In this document: positions 18,630-27,583 of the stretch, piece after piece
Layout of the letters: every line of letters begins with the position of its first letter
Position numbering within the stretch: the first letter of the stretch is position 1
Source of the DNA: an uncultured Acidobacteriota bacterium
Lineage (GTDB): Bacteria > Acidobacteriota > Blastocatellia > RBC074
DNA: 64,000 bases
Direction: 5' to 3'
NCBI GenBank assembly: GCA_963796275.1
Contig: CAWCKY010000003.1
Coordinates: 192,001-256,000, forward strand
Notes under the pieces: model-generated
Seen by the model: only the letters and a program-made list of their open reading frames with translations
What the model was told of the DNA's origin: nothing
Database searches by the model: none
Made by a program: the position numbers and the translations under genes

Positions 18630-18953
18630 ATGACACTAAACACAATCAAACTCACAGAAGTAGTCACCAAAGCTAAAAGAACAATTCAGAACAACATATC
18701 TCTGTCTAGGATTGAAAAGGCAGTCTGGAACCGGTCTATCACAAAAGCTGAGGAAGTTCTTCTCTCAAATCCCTTCATATATCTCCAGGATGATGGGGAC
18801 GTTCTGATGCTCTCCACCTCTTCCAACCAGCTCTATGTCATCAATGGGAAGTGCATCGATGAGAAGGGCCATTCCTGTAAGGGATATTCAATGACAGGTG
18901 TCTGCTATCACCGGACAGTCAAACGGCTCCTGGAACGGTATCAACAAGCTTAG
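18630..18953 (+). CDS. SWIM-like zinc-finger protein
   Basis: C...C.....CYH pattern (KCIDEKGHSCKGYSMTGVCYHR); GAGGAG RBS; GC hairpin downstream at ~18976-19000. Confidence 0.6.
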   Translation: MTLNTIKLTEVVTKAKRTIQNNISLSRIEKAVWNRSITKAEEVLLSNPFIYLQDDGDVLMLSTSSNQLYVINGKCIDEKGHSCKGYSMTGVCYHRTVKRLLERYQQA

Positions 18954-19021
18954 ACAGATGGAGATGTCCCGGCCTCGAATCTGGGGCCGGGATTTGTCGT
19001 CTGTAGGAAGGAGATCGAGAG

Positions 19022-19230
19022 ATGAACACCCCCCTATCTATACCTCAACTACTATCCACCTGAAGCAGCTCCCTGATGACAGTTGGAAGTGGGGTTACAA
19101 CTCCTCCCTTCAGAGAGGTGTGGTCCTCTGGGGTCGGGACAGCTTCGAGACAGAGGCAGAGGCTCTGGAGGATGCTCAAAGGGCCTTCCCTCATTCAAGG
19201 TTGAAGATCGAAAGAGAGGAGACCATATGA
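19022..19230 (+). CDS. Small hypothetical protein, probably split by an indel in a C run near 19030
   Basis: AGGAG RBS and ATG19022 are out of frame with the downstream WKWGY...FETEAEALEDA frame. Confidence 0.4.
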
Positions 19231-19532
19231 ATTCTCCTGATCAATTCATCACCATCGGAGGGAAACGTTACAGGAAGCCTAGACCTATGATCAGGCCCAG
19301 GGAAGAGCAAGATAGGCTCGATGATATCGGCCTCCAACTTCATGAAGTCCTTCACAAAACAGCCTCTCTCCTGTCTCAGCTCGAAGGATGGGGAAGGGAT
19401 CAGAGATATTCATACAGCATCCCACAGGCCCTTTTTGAACTATTGGGCCGGACAGATGAAGGGGCCTCTGTAGTGGCTTCGAAGGCATTCCTAGAGACCC
19501 TAGGCTATAGAGTGGAGGAGATCAAAAAATGA
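19227..19532 (+). CDS. Hypothetical protein
   Basis: GAGGAG RBS; ATGA coupling on both sides. Confidence 0.65.
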   Translation: MNSPDQFITIGGKRYRKPRPMIRPREEQDRLDDIGLQLHEVLHKTASLLSQLEGWGRDQRYSYSIPQALFELLGRTDEGASVVASKAFLETLGYRVEEIKK

Positions 19533-20332
19533 AGAGACGATTTCTAAGTGAAAGATGGCAGATGGCCTTAGTAGGTCTCGGACTCTGGTTACTCCTGGCC
19601 TTCTGGTCTGTCAGAGCCTTTGTCAGACATATACAGAGTCTGGGTGAATCTGACTCCTTTGATTGGATAGGAGCCACAGCGGGAGAGTTTGCATTATTGG
19701 CCTTCATCCTCTGGCATTGCTTCTCCGTTCATATCAATGTCAGGAGATGGTCTCTCATCTTCGCATTTGTCCTCGGGGCTGTGATTCTCGTTCATTCCGG
19801 GGCATTGAGAGGAATCAGAGAGGCCACCGTGAGACAGGATCAGACGGTGACACAGTTGAAGGATTCATTGACTCAGATGAGCAAAGAACAGATGGAAGCT
19901 GTCAAAGGTGCTAGTGATGAGGAGTTGAACCCTATCTCTCGCAGATCAGCAGACAGAGCAGCAGCTCAGGCAAAGAAAGACATCGCTACTACAGCTCAGG
20001 GGAAAGTTGCAGAGGAGATCAAAGCAGGAACGGAGAAAGTCAAATCATCATCGATCCTTCCAAAGTGGTATCTCGATGGATGGAGTTATTCTGTCATCTT
20101 CGCTCTGGCATCAGCGATGGTGACTGTGATTTTCTTTATGATGATGAACATCGAGGATATAGACAGGAACTTTGACAATATCCCTGACAGACTTCAGACC
20201 ACTACACCTGGCCAATCTACCAGAAGCTTTACCCCTATCTATCATTCACCTATTGAACAAAAGGCTTCCAGACCTGGAGTAGTCAGAGGGAATGGGATTG
20301 ATAAACCTGGAGGCAATCAATCTCACTCCTGA
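19529..20332 (+). CDS. 4-TM membrane protein with central coiled coil
   Basis: Three N-terminal hydrophobic helices, coiled coil, fourth TM, DIDRNFDNIPD acidic loop. Confidence 0.75.
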   Translation: MKRRFLSERWQMALVGLGLWLLLAFWSVRAFVRHIQSLGESDSFDWIGATAGEFALLAFILWHCFSVHINVRRWSLIFAFVLGAVILVHSGALRGIREATVRQDQTVTQLKDSLTQMSKEQMEAVKGASDEELNPISRRSADRAAAQAKKDIATTAQGKVAEEIKAGTEKVKSSSILPKWYLDGWSYSVIFALASAMVTVIFFMMMNIEDIDRNFDNIPDRLQTTTPGQSTRSFTPIYHSPIEQKASRPGVVRGNGIDKPGGNQSHS

Positions 20333-20819
20333 ACCTGTCCTCACAGCGAATCGGGAGAGACAGGATGGGGGTATGGATTCGCAACGGGAGGCAACTACCG
20401 GAAATGAGGTTGCTTTTCCTCCTGTTACTTCCGTAGTAAAACCACCATCTACTTCCGAAGTAAAACCACAGGCAAAGGGGGGATTCACTTCTGAATTTAC
20501 TTCCGAAGTAAAAGAGCCACAAAGGGAGGAATTTACTTCCGAAGTACAACGATCACAACATGTTGACCTATTTGAGCTTAGCTCACTTAAGGAGAATCTA
20601 TTTTGGAGGCCGGTAAAATTCGTCAGAAAGAAGCATTACCCCAAGGTAGTTCCAGACGGATGTGCCTGGAAACAGGATGGAGGGGGATTCACCCTGAGCA
20701 GACAGAGACCAACTAAGTATCTAGGATATTTTCGCAGAGATGTGATCTCAACTTTGGAGAAGAAATATGGCAGGAAAACGAAACGTACAAGAAAAGATAG
20801 ATCTCGAAGGACTACCTAA
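20292..20819 (+). CDS. Hypothetical protein with TSEV repeats
   Basis: 175-aa ORF overlapping both neighbours; repeats encoded by a TACTTCCGAAGTA motif. Confidence 0.55.
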   Translation: MGLINLEAINLTPEPVLTANRERQDGGMDSQREATTGNEVAFPPVTSVVKPPSTSEVKPQAKGGFTSEFTSEVKEPQREEFTSEVQRSQHVDLFELSSLKENLFWRPVKFVRKKHYPKVVPDGCAWKQDGGGFTLSRQRPTKYLGYFRRDVISTLEKKYGRKTKRTRKDRSRRTT

Positions 20820-21060
20820 AGAGACTGTAGCAGCTGTGGTGATAGCTCAGATGTATCAGATACAAGCTATTGCCAACAATCTACCTAACGAAGGTGATAA
20901 GCATCTGCTCTATGTGGAAAGTAACATAGTGCTCGATCTACTCCAGGGATATACAACCCCTGATGCTGTGAAGGCCATCCCTGAGATACAGGCTATTTTA
21001 GAGAAAGGAGAAGAAGGTGTCTCCCTCACCCATAGACGAAAAGAGCCAGATCGAAAATGA
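20767..21060 (+). CDS. Hypothetical protein
   Basis: GGAGA RBS; 97 aa. Confidence 0.6.
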   Translation: MAGKRNVQEKIDLEGLPKETVAAVVIAQMYQIQAIANNLPNEGDKHLLYVESNIVLDLLQGYTTPDAVKAIPEIQAILEKGEEGVSLTHRRKEPDRK

Positions 21061-21333
21061 CCTGGCTCTCTTGTGTTAGATTTCAGGGGTAACCCCAATG
21101 CCTACCCCTCAACGTTGGTCATATGTTTCTATGGGATGTCTCCTTCCCCTGTCATTGCCATGTACGATCTCCTGGCTACTTTGTTCTGACTTTTTTCCAA
21201 CTTTTTTCGTTATGGTGACCATATCCGAAATGTTGAACATGGATCATAGGGAGTATAGAATGACGCCCACAATCAACCGATATCATCGGATGCCACTGGT
21301 CGTAGTCAGACCACTACTCATCCAAGGAGAGGT

Positions 21334-21603
21334 ATGGCCTTAACAAAAGAACAACAAGATGCCTTGCTTTTAGCTTTTCGACAGAGCTGGTCAGGAAGAC
21401 AGTGCCCCATATGCCAGGCAGACAGTTGGGAAGTCTCAGACAGCATATTCGGCCTACCAGAATTTAGTCATGGACTTCTCTCAGGAAGAGGAGGGGCCTT
21501 TTATCCAGTTGTGCCGGTAAACTGCAACAACTGTGGTTATGTTATCTTTTTCAGTGCCATTAAATTAGGACTCTTTGGCGAGCCTCCACAAATAAGAGGA
21601 TAA
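21334..21603 (+). CDS. Zinc-ribbon protein
   Basis: CPIC...CNNCGY; AGGAGAGG RBS. Confidence 0.75.
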   Translation: MALTKEQQDALLLAFRQSWSGRQCPICQADSWEVSDSIFGLPEFSHGLLSGRGGAFYPVVPVNCNNCGYVIFFSAIKLGLFGEPPQIRG

Positions 21604-21606
21604 AGC

Positions 21607-22056
21607 ATGCCACAGACGCCAATTAAATTCACAAACCAAAATTACCTCTTGCCTCCTAAAGAACAACCTGTCTATCCGATTGAAGTAAGAAACCTGGAGC
21701 GTCTGGAGAAGATGATCAAAAGAATTGATCAGCAAGGTGGTTTCTATCAAAACTTGGGGTTTGGCTCAGCAGGTGTAGCGACAGGTGCTTTGACTTCTTT
21801 GATTTCGTTAAATTACGCTCAAGGAGTCTCAGTAACGATCTTGGTAATTAGCTGGGGACTCCTTTTTGCCTCATTCGCTGTAGCAGTCTTCGGATTCATA
21901 GCCAGTACCCGGGAGCGTCAACAACTTCGAGTCTCCAAGGAGGATTTATTGGCTGAGGTGCAATGGATCAAAGAGAGTGTTTACGCCCCTGAAACTGAGA
22001 CGACTGTTGCCTCTACCTCCTCTGACATAGGGCATCGAAAAGGCTCTCAGGATTGA
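21607..22056 (+). CDS. 2-TM membrane protein
   Basis: Two hydrophobic helices; 3 bp after the Zn-ribbon gene; GAGGA RBS. Confidence 0.7.
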   Translation: MPQTPIKFTNQNYLLPPKEQPVYPIEVRNLERLEKMIKRIDQQGGFYQNLGFGSAGVATGALTSLISLNYAQGVSVTILVISWGLLFASFAVAVFGFIASTRERQQLRVSKEDLLAEVQWIKESVYAPETETTVASTSSDIGHRKGSQD

Positions 22057-22476
22057 GTCTCACTGATGCTTGCCCTTCACATCCTTCGTTTTTATTTAAA
22101 CTGGCTATCCTTCCTGCGATATCTTCTGTCTCAACGATTCGAAAAGGGCAGATGGACTGAGCTTCTCATCAGCCTCTCCCTCATGTTCTTCATCGATGAT
22201 CTCAACTAGCCATCGCCACTTGATCAGTTCATCTTCTGTTACTTCTCTATTTTCAGGTTTCATAACTCAATTCTAGCATCTTTGTCATGTCCCCTTCGAG
22301 TTGTCTCAGGGGTAGGGGTGGGGGTATGTGGGAGGGATTTTGTCTCCAGGGGAATTTTTTTGTTTTTCTTCCTTTCGTTGCAGCAAACGTTGAAGGCTGA
22401 TCATGGTGTGGGTAGAATGCACCTGCTTCAGCAGTACTCAGACAGAAGTCAGCCCTTATCGGAGGTGAATTGAAAG

Positions 22477-23190
22477 ATGCTTGAACCGGGGAGTTGGACG
22501 CAATTGATAGCAGCTATCGCAACTCTACTAGCCGTAATAGTCGCTTTGATTAAAGAGCGAATCATATCTTGGTGGTTTCCTCCTAAGCTGACCATGAAGG
22601 CTCGACAGCATCCACCTGATATCGATCATATCCCGTTCAGGTATCCAATGCGTGGCACTCCTCCAGGCTTTCCACCTGTCTATCTGGAGGCAGACTGCTA
22701 CTTCCTACGTCTATGGGTTCAGAATGATGGGAAGTCGAGAGCTGAGAAGGTGCAAGTCTTCGTTTCGGAGATTCTTCGGGAAAGGGCTGGTGAGTTTATC
22801 CCTATGAGTTCATTTATTCCCATGAATCTACGTTGGGGGTTTGGGAGTGAAACTCCAACCCATGCTGAAGTGTTTGCAGATGGGATTTCCCCTGGCATGG
22901 GTGTGCACTGCAATCTCGCACAAATCATCGACTTCAGTAAAAGAAAGGAAGTGGGAGATGACCATCCTGACGCTAAACCAGAAGAGACAGTTATACGTTT
23001 AACAACTGAGATGCACCCAACGAACCGTTGCAATGTTCTCATACCGGGAACTTATAGACTGAAACTCAAGATTGCAGGGTCCAACTGTAGACCCAAAGAC
23101 TATACGGTCCAAATCACACTCTTTGGCAAATGGTTTCAGGAAAGGGAAAAGATGCTTCAAGACGGAGTACTGATGAAAATCATGGACTGA
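22477..23190 (+). CDS. N-terminally anchored hypothetical protein with beta-rich domain
   Basis: GGAGGTG RBS; TM, then RLWVQNDG..RAEKVQV, PGTYRLKLKI. Confidence 0.7.
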   Translation: MLEPGSWTQLIAAIATLLAVIVALIKERIISWWFPPKLTMKARQHPPDIDHIPFRYPMRGTPPGFPPVYLEADCYFLRLWVQNDGKSRAEKVQVFVSEILRERAGEFIPMSSFIPMNLRWGFGSETPTHAEVFADGISPGMGVHCNLAQIIDFSKRKEVGDDHPDAKPEETVIRLTTEMHPTNRCNVLIPGTYRLKLKIAGSNCRPKDYTVQITLFGKWFQEREKMLQDGVLMKIMD

Positions 23191-23235
23191 CCTCAGTTGA
23201 GGGAGAGAGTTTTAGGGAAGAGATAAGCTGAGATA

Positions 23236-23913
23236 ATGAATTATCTTCGAGACATGGATTTTTGGCTAAAAGCTGGCCCCACACTGGCAGCAGTGATTGT
23301 TCCATTCTTAACGTATCTCTGGCTTGCACGAAGTATGTCGAAGGCTATCGAGCGTTACAAGATAGACCTTAGCAAAGAGCTAGAACATTACAAGGCAGAT
23401 ATCAGTAAAGAGCTGGAGATTCATAAGGCTCAGTTACAGGCCAGCTTTCAGACCAGATTCTATGAGTATCAGACTAGATATGGGTGGCTTCATCAGAGGA
23501 CGGCAGAGGCCATTGAGAAGCTATATATGCTGGCAGCAAGGGTTCAGAGTGATTTGCAGACAGGGGTAACTGATAGTCATGAGGTACGTAACCAGACGGA
23601 GGATGAGCATTACAAAGAGGCTGAGGCTCACCTTCAGGATATGATTAACTACTTTGATGAAAAAAGAATCTACTTTGATAAGGAGACCTCTAGTGCAGTT
23701 TTAAGTATAGTGGAGATGACGAATGCTGTTTATGATCGGCATAGGGGTGGTCTTCAGCATTTTAAGGCACCCCCTGAGTTGGAAGAAGCACTAAAACAGA
23801 ATGCTGCCTCATTGATAGATGCTGTGGGTGTTTTGATGGGTTTTCTCGATTACAGATTCAGGAAGCTTCTCGAAGCTGAGATGCCAAACCACCAAGGTAA
23901 AGAGAGGTTTTGA
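23236..23913 (+). CDS. Membrane-anchored helical/coiled-coil hypothetical protein
   Basis: TM, repeated IERYKIDLSKELEHYKADISKEL, RIYF motif. Confidence 0.7.
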   Translation: MNYLRDMDFWLKAGPTLAAVIVPFLTYLWLARSMSKAIERYKIDLSKELEHYKADISKELEIHKAQLQASFQTRFYEYQTRYGWLHQRTAEAIEKLYMLAARVQSDLQTGVTDSHEVRNQTEDEHYKEAEAHLQDMINYFDEKRIYFDKETSSAVLSIVEMTNAVYDRHRGGLQHFKAPPELEEALKQNAASLIDAVGVLMGFLDYRFRKLLEAEMPNHQGKERF

Positions 23914-24346
23914 CATATTCCTTCTTGAGTCGTATACCACTGATTCCAAGGATATCGGGCCTGGAATACGTACGACACTGGTTGAATTTGATTGCAAGCG
24001 ATACCTATATAGCTTGGCATGGTTGCTTCTCTCACTAGAGGTCATAGGAATATGGCTGATGATATATGTTGGAGCGGGCCGATATGGGGCAGCCTTGATC
24101 TTCGCATTGGTTTGGACCTTGCCTAATGCGTTTTACCTCTCTAGGGAGGAAAGAAATTGGTTGAGGAGGTCAACGTAGAGGGAGAGGGCTCACCCAGTGA
24201 TACTGTTCGGTAAAAATCAGAATCCGAATCTGATAGAGAACAAGATAAGGAAATGGCTTAATTACCTACCAGAGACGTAGAAACAAAACTGCTATGTCCC
24301 AGAATACTAATTATGTATCTTCACTTATGAATGAAAGATTGAGTCT

Positions 24347-25256
24347 ATGAAAGAATTTGCAGATTTACTCCAAGCAGTTGCTTCAGTCTTTTGGCCCATC
24401 CTTGTGTTCATCATAGTCATATGGTTCAAAAAAGAGATTAAAGAAATTCTGAAGCGTATTAAGCGGGGAAAGATATTAGGTCAAGAACTTGAGCTTGAAG
24501 AAGACTTGAACAAGTTGAATAGGACTGCTGTTGCCTCGGCATCTGAAGTTGCTTCATTACCTCCGTTAACTGACCCAGACAAAGTGCAAGATAGTAATCT
24601 TAATCGTAATATCAGGAGAGCTGCTTCGTTAAGCGAAGTTCTTAACGTTTTAGATTTAGCAGAATCATCCCCTAAAGCCGCTTTAGTGACTTTGGCAATT
24701 GAGATTGAGAAGGAGTTGCGGGAGATAATATTTAGTCAAGGGCAAGTAGGTAACCCATACAATTTTACAATGAGGAATGCAATTGACATTCTTAGAAAAA
24801 GAGGTCCATTACCTGACTCTACTATTCTGGCACTGGATAGCTTCATTAGAATACGTAATAAAATTGTTCATGCCGGGTGAGGTACCCTGTGATGAGATTT
24901 TAAGAACGATTGATTCAGGAGCTTTAATTCTTTTGACTTTGAAGTCTATACCTCGCCTAAAAGTATATGTTTATCACCCTAACGTGACAGTTTATTCAGA
25001 TAAAGAATGCACAAAGCCTATAGATGATGCTCGTGGTATTATTCTTGAGATGACCGATTCTAAGGGTGAAGACAAGCATATTGGTATATATCCGAGCACC
25101 AAAAAACATTTTGTAAAAGGCAAACAGGTAGCTTGGGAATGGGATAATAAAAACAGATGGGGATTGTCATGGTATCGTGATCCCGATACTAACGAAATAA
25201 AATTAGCGTGGGGTGAATCATTCGAATTTGTAGGTCGAAATGTTGAGGATACGTAG
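24347..25256 (+). CDS. TM-HEPN (RxxxxH) protein with Trp-rich C-terminal domain, one frameshift near 24875
   Basis: TM, E..LRE, RNKIVH; removing one G of GCCGGGTGA joins ORFs 24347-24880 and 24777-25256. Confidence 0.65.
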
Positions 25257-25276
25257 TCTATCAATTGGACATCGGT

Positions 25277-25768
25277 TCATCTGAAAACCTTGCTCCAGTT
25301 TATAGCTCTCCAAGGCAGGTCTTCCTCTATTTTATTTAAAAGTTCGTATAAGACCTCCTTCTGTTTCATACCAAATTGGCTATCAATGTAATCTGCTATC
25401 CCAAAGAATAGATTCTTATTTCTCACACCACAGAGATCAGCTATGTGCCGGAGGCTGTACTCGACATCAAGGCCGGTGACTGGCCCTTGAAGTGATTGCT
25501 CCCTGAGTTTTAGAAAATTTAGACGCCACCTGACTTGTTCGGCAGCACCATGCTTCATTCTGTTGAAAGTCTTTTCATTCAGCATATCCATTACACCTCT
25601 CGGGAACCCTTTAAGAGTTCCCGGATCGTGAATATCCCATTGATCAATCTGCTTCAGCTTTTGGACAAGCTGATAACAACGAATGCAGAGTCCTTTTGCC
25701 CTGTGACGGTATCGTTCCGTCCCACACTCCTGGCATTTTTCATATTTGCTTGACCATCTTTTTTCCAT
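25277..25768 (-). CDS. Hypothetical protein with N-terminal Cys/His zinc finger
   Basis: CQECG...H.AKGLCIRCY; ATG25768 with GAGGAG RBS. Confidence 0.7.
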   Translation of the reverse strand: MEKRWSSKYEKCQECGTERYRHRAKGLCIRCYQLVQKLKQIDQWDIHDPGTLKGFPRGVMDMLNEKTFNRMKHGAAEQVRWRLNFLKLREQSLQGPVTGLDVEYSLRHIADLCGVRNKNLFFGIADYIDSQFGMKQKEVLYELLNKIEEDLPWRAINWSKVFR

Positions 25769-25779
25769 GGTGGCTCCTC

Positions 25780-26252
25780 TGTAGACGATCACTGAGAAGT
25801 GAAGGAATTTGAACAGAAGGATTCTCGACGAACGTCTCACTCGTAGATCAGCCGGAACGCTCCAAGAACGATCATGACCACTCCACCGATGATCATAATC
25901 AATCGGGATCGGAGTGTCAGTGGATATCTCAGTGTCGATCCAGGCATCGCTCCAGTGCCATGGGTCGCAAATATTCCCATTACTATGAAGAATACGCCGA
26001 AACCAATCAACGCCCAGTGTTCTTTCATGGCAACCCCTCCAACTGAAGGTTAAGTACAGTCCTCCACCAAAGGCTAAATTACAAGATAACGCTAACCCTT
26101 GTTGGGTATTATCGCAGCTTCCCTCCTGTAGGGTCATTGAAAGAGGCGTGACCGGCTTGATGATCGAAATTGGGAAAAAGGGAACGCCGGGTTCTGTTCA
26201 AATTTATTCACTTCGCTGTTCAAATTCTTTCACTTTCTGACGATCGCCGACA
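25780..26252. mobile_element. 473-bp non-autonomous mini-transposon carrying one gene
   Basis: TGT...ACA ends, 37-bp imperfect TIR, 20-bp AAGTGAANRAATTTGAACAG repeats (1 left, 2 right), TCCTC duplicated at 25775-25779 and 26253-26257. Confidence 0.85.
25837..26028 (-). CDS. 63-aa 2-TM membrane protein (mini-transposon cargo)
   Basis: GGAGGGG RBS; two hydrophobic helices. Confidence 0.65.
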   Translation of the reverse strand: MKEHWALIGFGVFFIVMGIFATHGTGAMPGSTLRYPLTLRSRLIMIIGGVVMIVLGAFRLIYE

Positions 26253-26365
26253 TCCTCCGACCTACATCAGTTGTGTTCTTATATTAAGTAGTCGAGTTGA
26301 ATATTGATCATTGATTATGTCGAGAGTAGAATCCCCACGTAACACCATAGGGAGGTTTAATTCAG

Positions 26366-26743
26366 ATGAATATCTCATCAAGTAGATCGTCAACTGAAAT
26401 TTATCATTCGGACAGTTATGCAAGTACACTTTATGACAGAATCCAAACAAATTTTGAGACCATTAGGGCAGATCTAAAGGAAGATGAAGAACTATTCGCA
26501 TATTGCACCACAACAGTTGGTGAGGTGATCAAGATCACAGGTTTCGGCTTTCAAAATCCATACTTAATGATCATCTATGGGGAAGACCAAGAAATGAACC
26601 CTTGTCAGATTCTTACCCATGCCTACTCGTTTCAGATCACTATGAAGGTGCTAAAGATACGAGATGAAACCCAAAATCAGAGAAGGGTCATTGGATTTCT
26701 TGGAGATATAGGCAAAAAATCGGACCCGGAATCCGATCAATAA
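26366..26743 (+). CDS. DUF6173-like protein
   Basis: L.EDEEL...GF.NP.L...G.D.....Q...H...RRVIGF pattern; GGAGGT RBS. Confidence 0.65.
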   Translation: MNISSSRSSTEIYHSDSYASTLYDRIQTNFETIRADLKEDEELFAYCTTTVGEVIKITGFGFQNPYLMIIYGEDQEMNPCQILTHAYSFQITMKVLKIRDETQNQRRVIGFLGDIGKKSDPESDQ

Positions 26744-27056
26744 CAATAGAATGAAGAGGCTTAAACGAAAAGGCTGATCTATAGCTATGCAAGATAGATA
26801 TCTCAAGTGGGAGATCATTTTCGCTCACACTCCTGTTACTGTTAACGACCCTAACTAAAAAATCTCTCCTTCCCTATTCCCGGATCCATTGTAGGATGGC
26901 TCTATTTGGATCTAGGAGGATCCAGGATGGATTTTTCCCTTCGATGGATCCCCCCTCCTGTGGGTGAGAGTGAAAAAGCCTCTCCAGGGATACCCAGAAG
27001 TGCTAAAAGTGAGGAATTAAGGACTCTGGTCAATCAGAAAACAATAGGAGGTGCTC

Positions 27057-27461
27057 TTATAAGTCCCCATAACTCTCAAGGATGGTTTGTTTGATCCTGT
27101 ATCTCTCATTGTGAAATCTATGCCTGGTTCTACACCTATCGCACAACTTGAAGACCTCTCCCCTCTCCCGGCCACATTCTGCACATAACCCTGCTCGTAG
27201 ACGGGATTGTCTGAGAGCTTTCTCCCTTTTAGACTCCCTCCTACGTCTCCTCTCTACGATCTCCTGGGATAGGATTTTCCTTCTCATCCTCTTCGACTTC
27301 GGGGGGCTGCCTCTCCTTTGGTCTCGGAAGATTCGTTGATGAAAGCGTTCGATCATATCGGATGTCGAGATAGGCTTCTCGATGATGACGTTATCTCCTA
27401 CTTGCCTGACCTTCACTCGCTCGATCTTCGTTTGCCTGGCCTCTGGTTGCCTGCCCTTCAC
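27057..27461 (-). CDS. Basic protein with C-terminal zinc finger
   Basis: GLCAECG...LCDRC; Arg-rich. Confidence 0.55.
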   Translation of the reverse strand: MKGRQPEARQTKIERVKVRQVGDNVIIEKPISTSDMIERFHQRIFRDQRRGSPPKSKRMRRKILSQEIVERRRRRESKREKALRQSRLRAGLCAECGRERGEVFKLCDRCRTRHRFHNERYRIKQTILESYGDL

Positions 27462-27583
27462 GATTCATCTCCCTTTTCGAGCTTATTTGGTACGGGGAAT
27501 GTATCCATTCAATTCTACCCTTCAACTGGAGGGTCTATATGCCTTCCCTCCTCATCTCTTGTGTGTGCGTGGAGACCTCTCCA

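Noticed and set aside
23990-24180. Possible small 2-TM ORF (KRYLYSLAWLLLSLEVIGIW...)
   Set aside because: No convincing start codon or RBS found; not called.
25277-26137. 286-aa ORF as one gene
   Set aside because: Its 5' half runs through the mini-transposon; the real gene starts at ATG25768 with its own RBS.
21300-26800. Integron cassette array
   Set aside because: No repeated attC-like RYYYAAC...GTTRRRY structures seen between the cargo genes, and the integrase has an arm-binding-type N-terminus.
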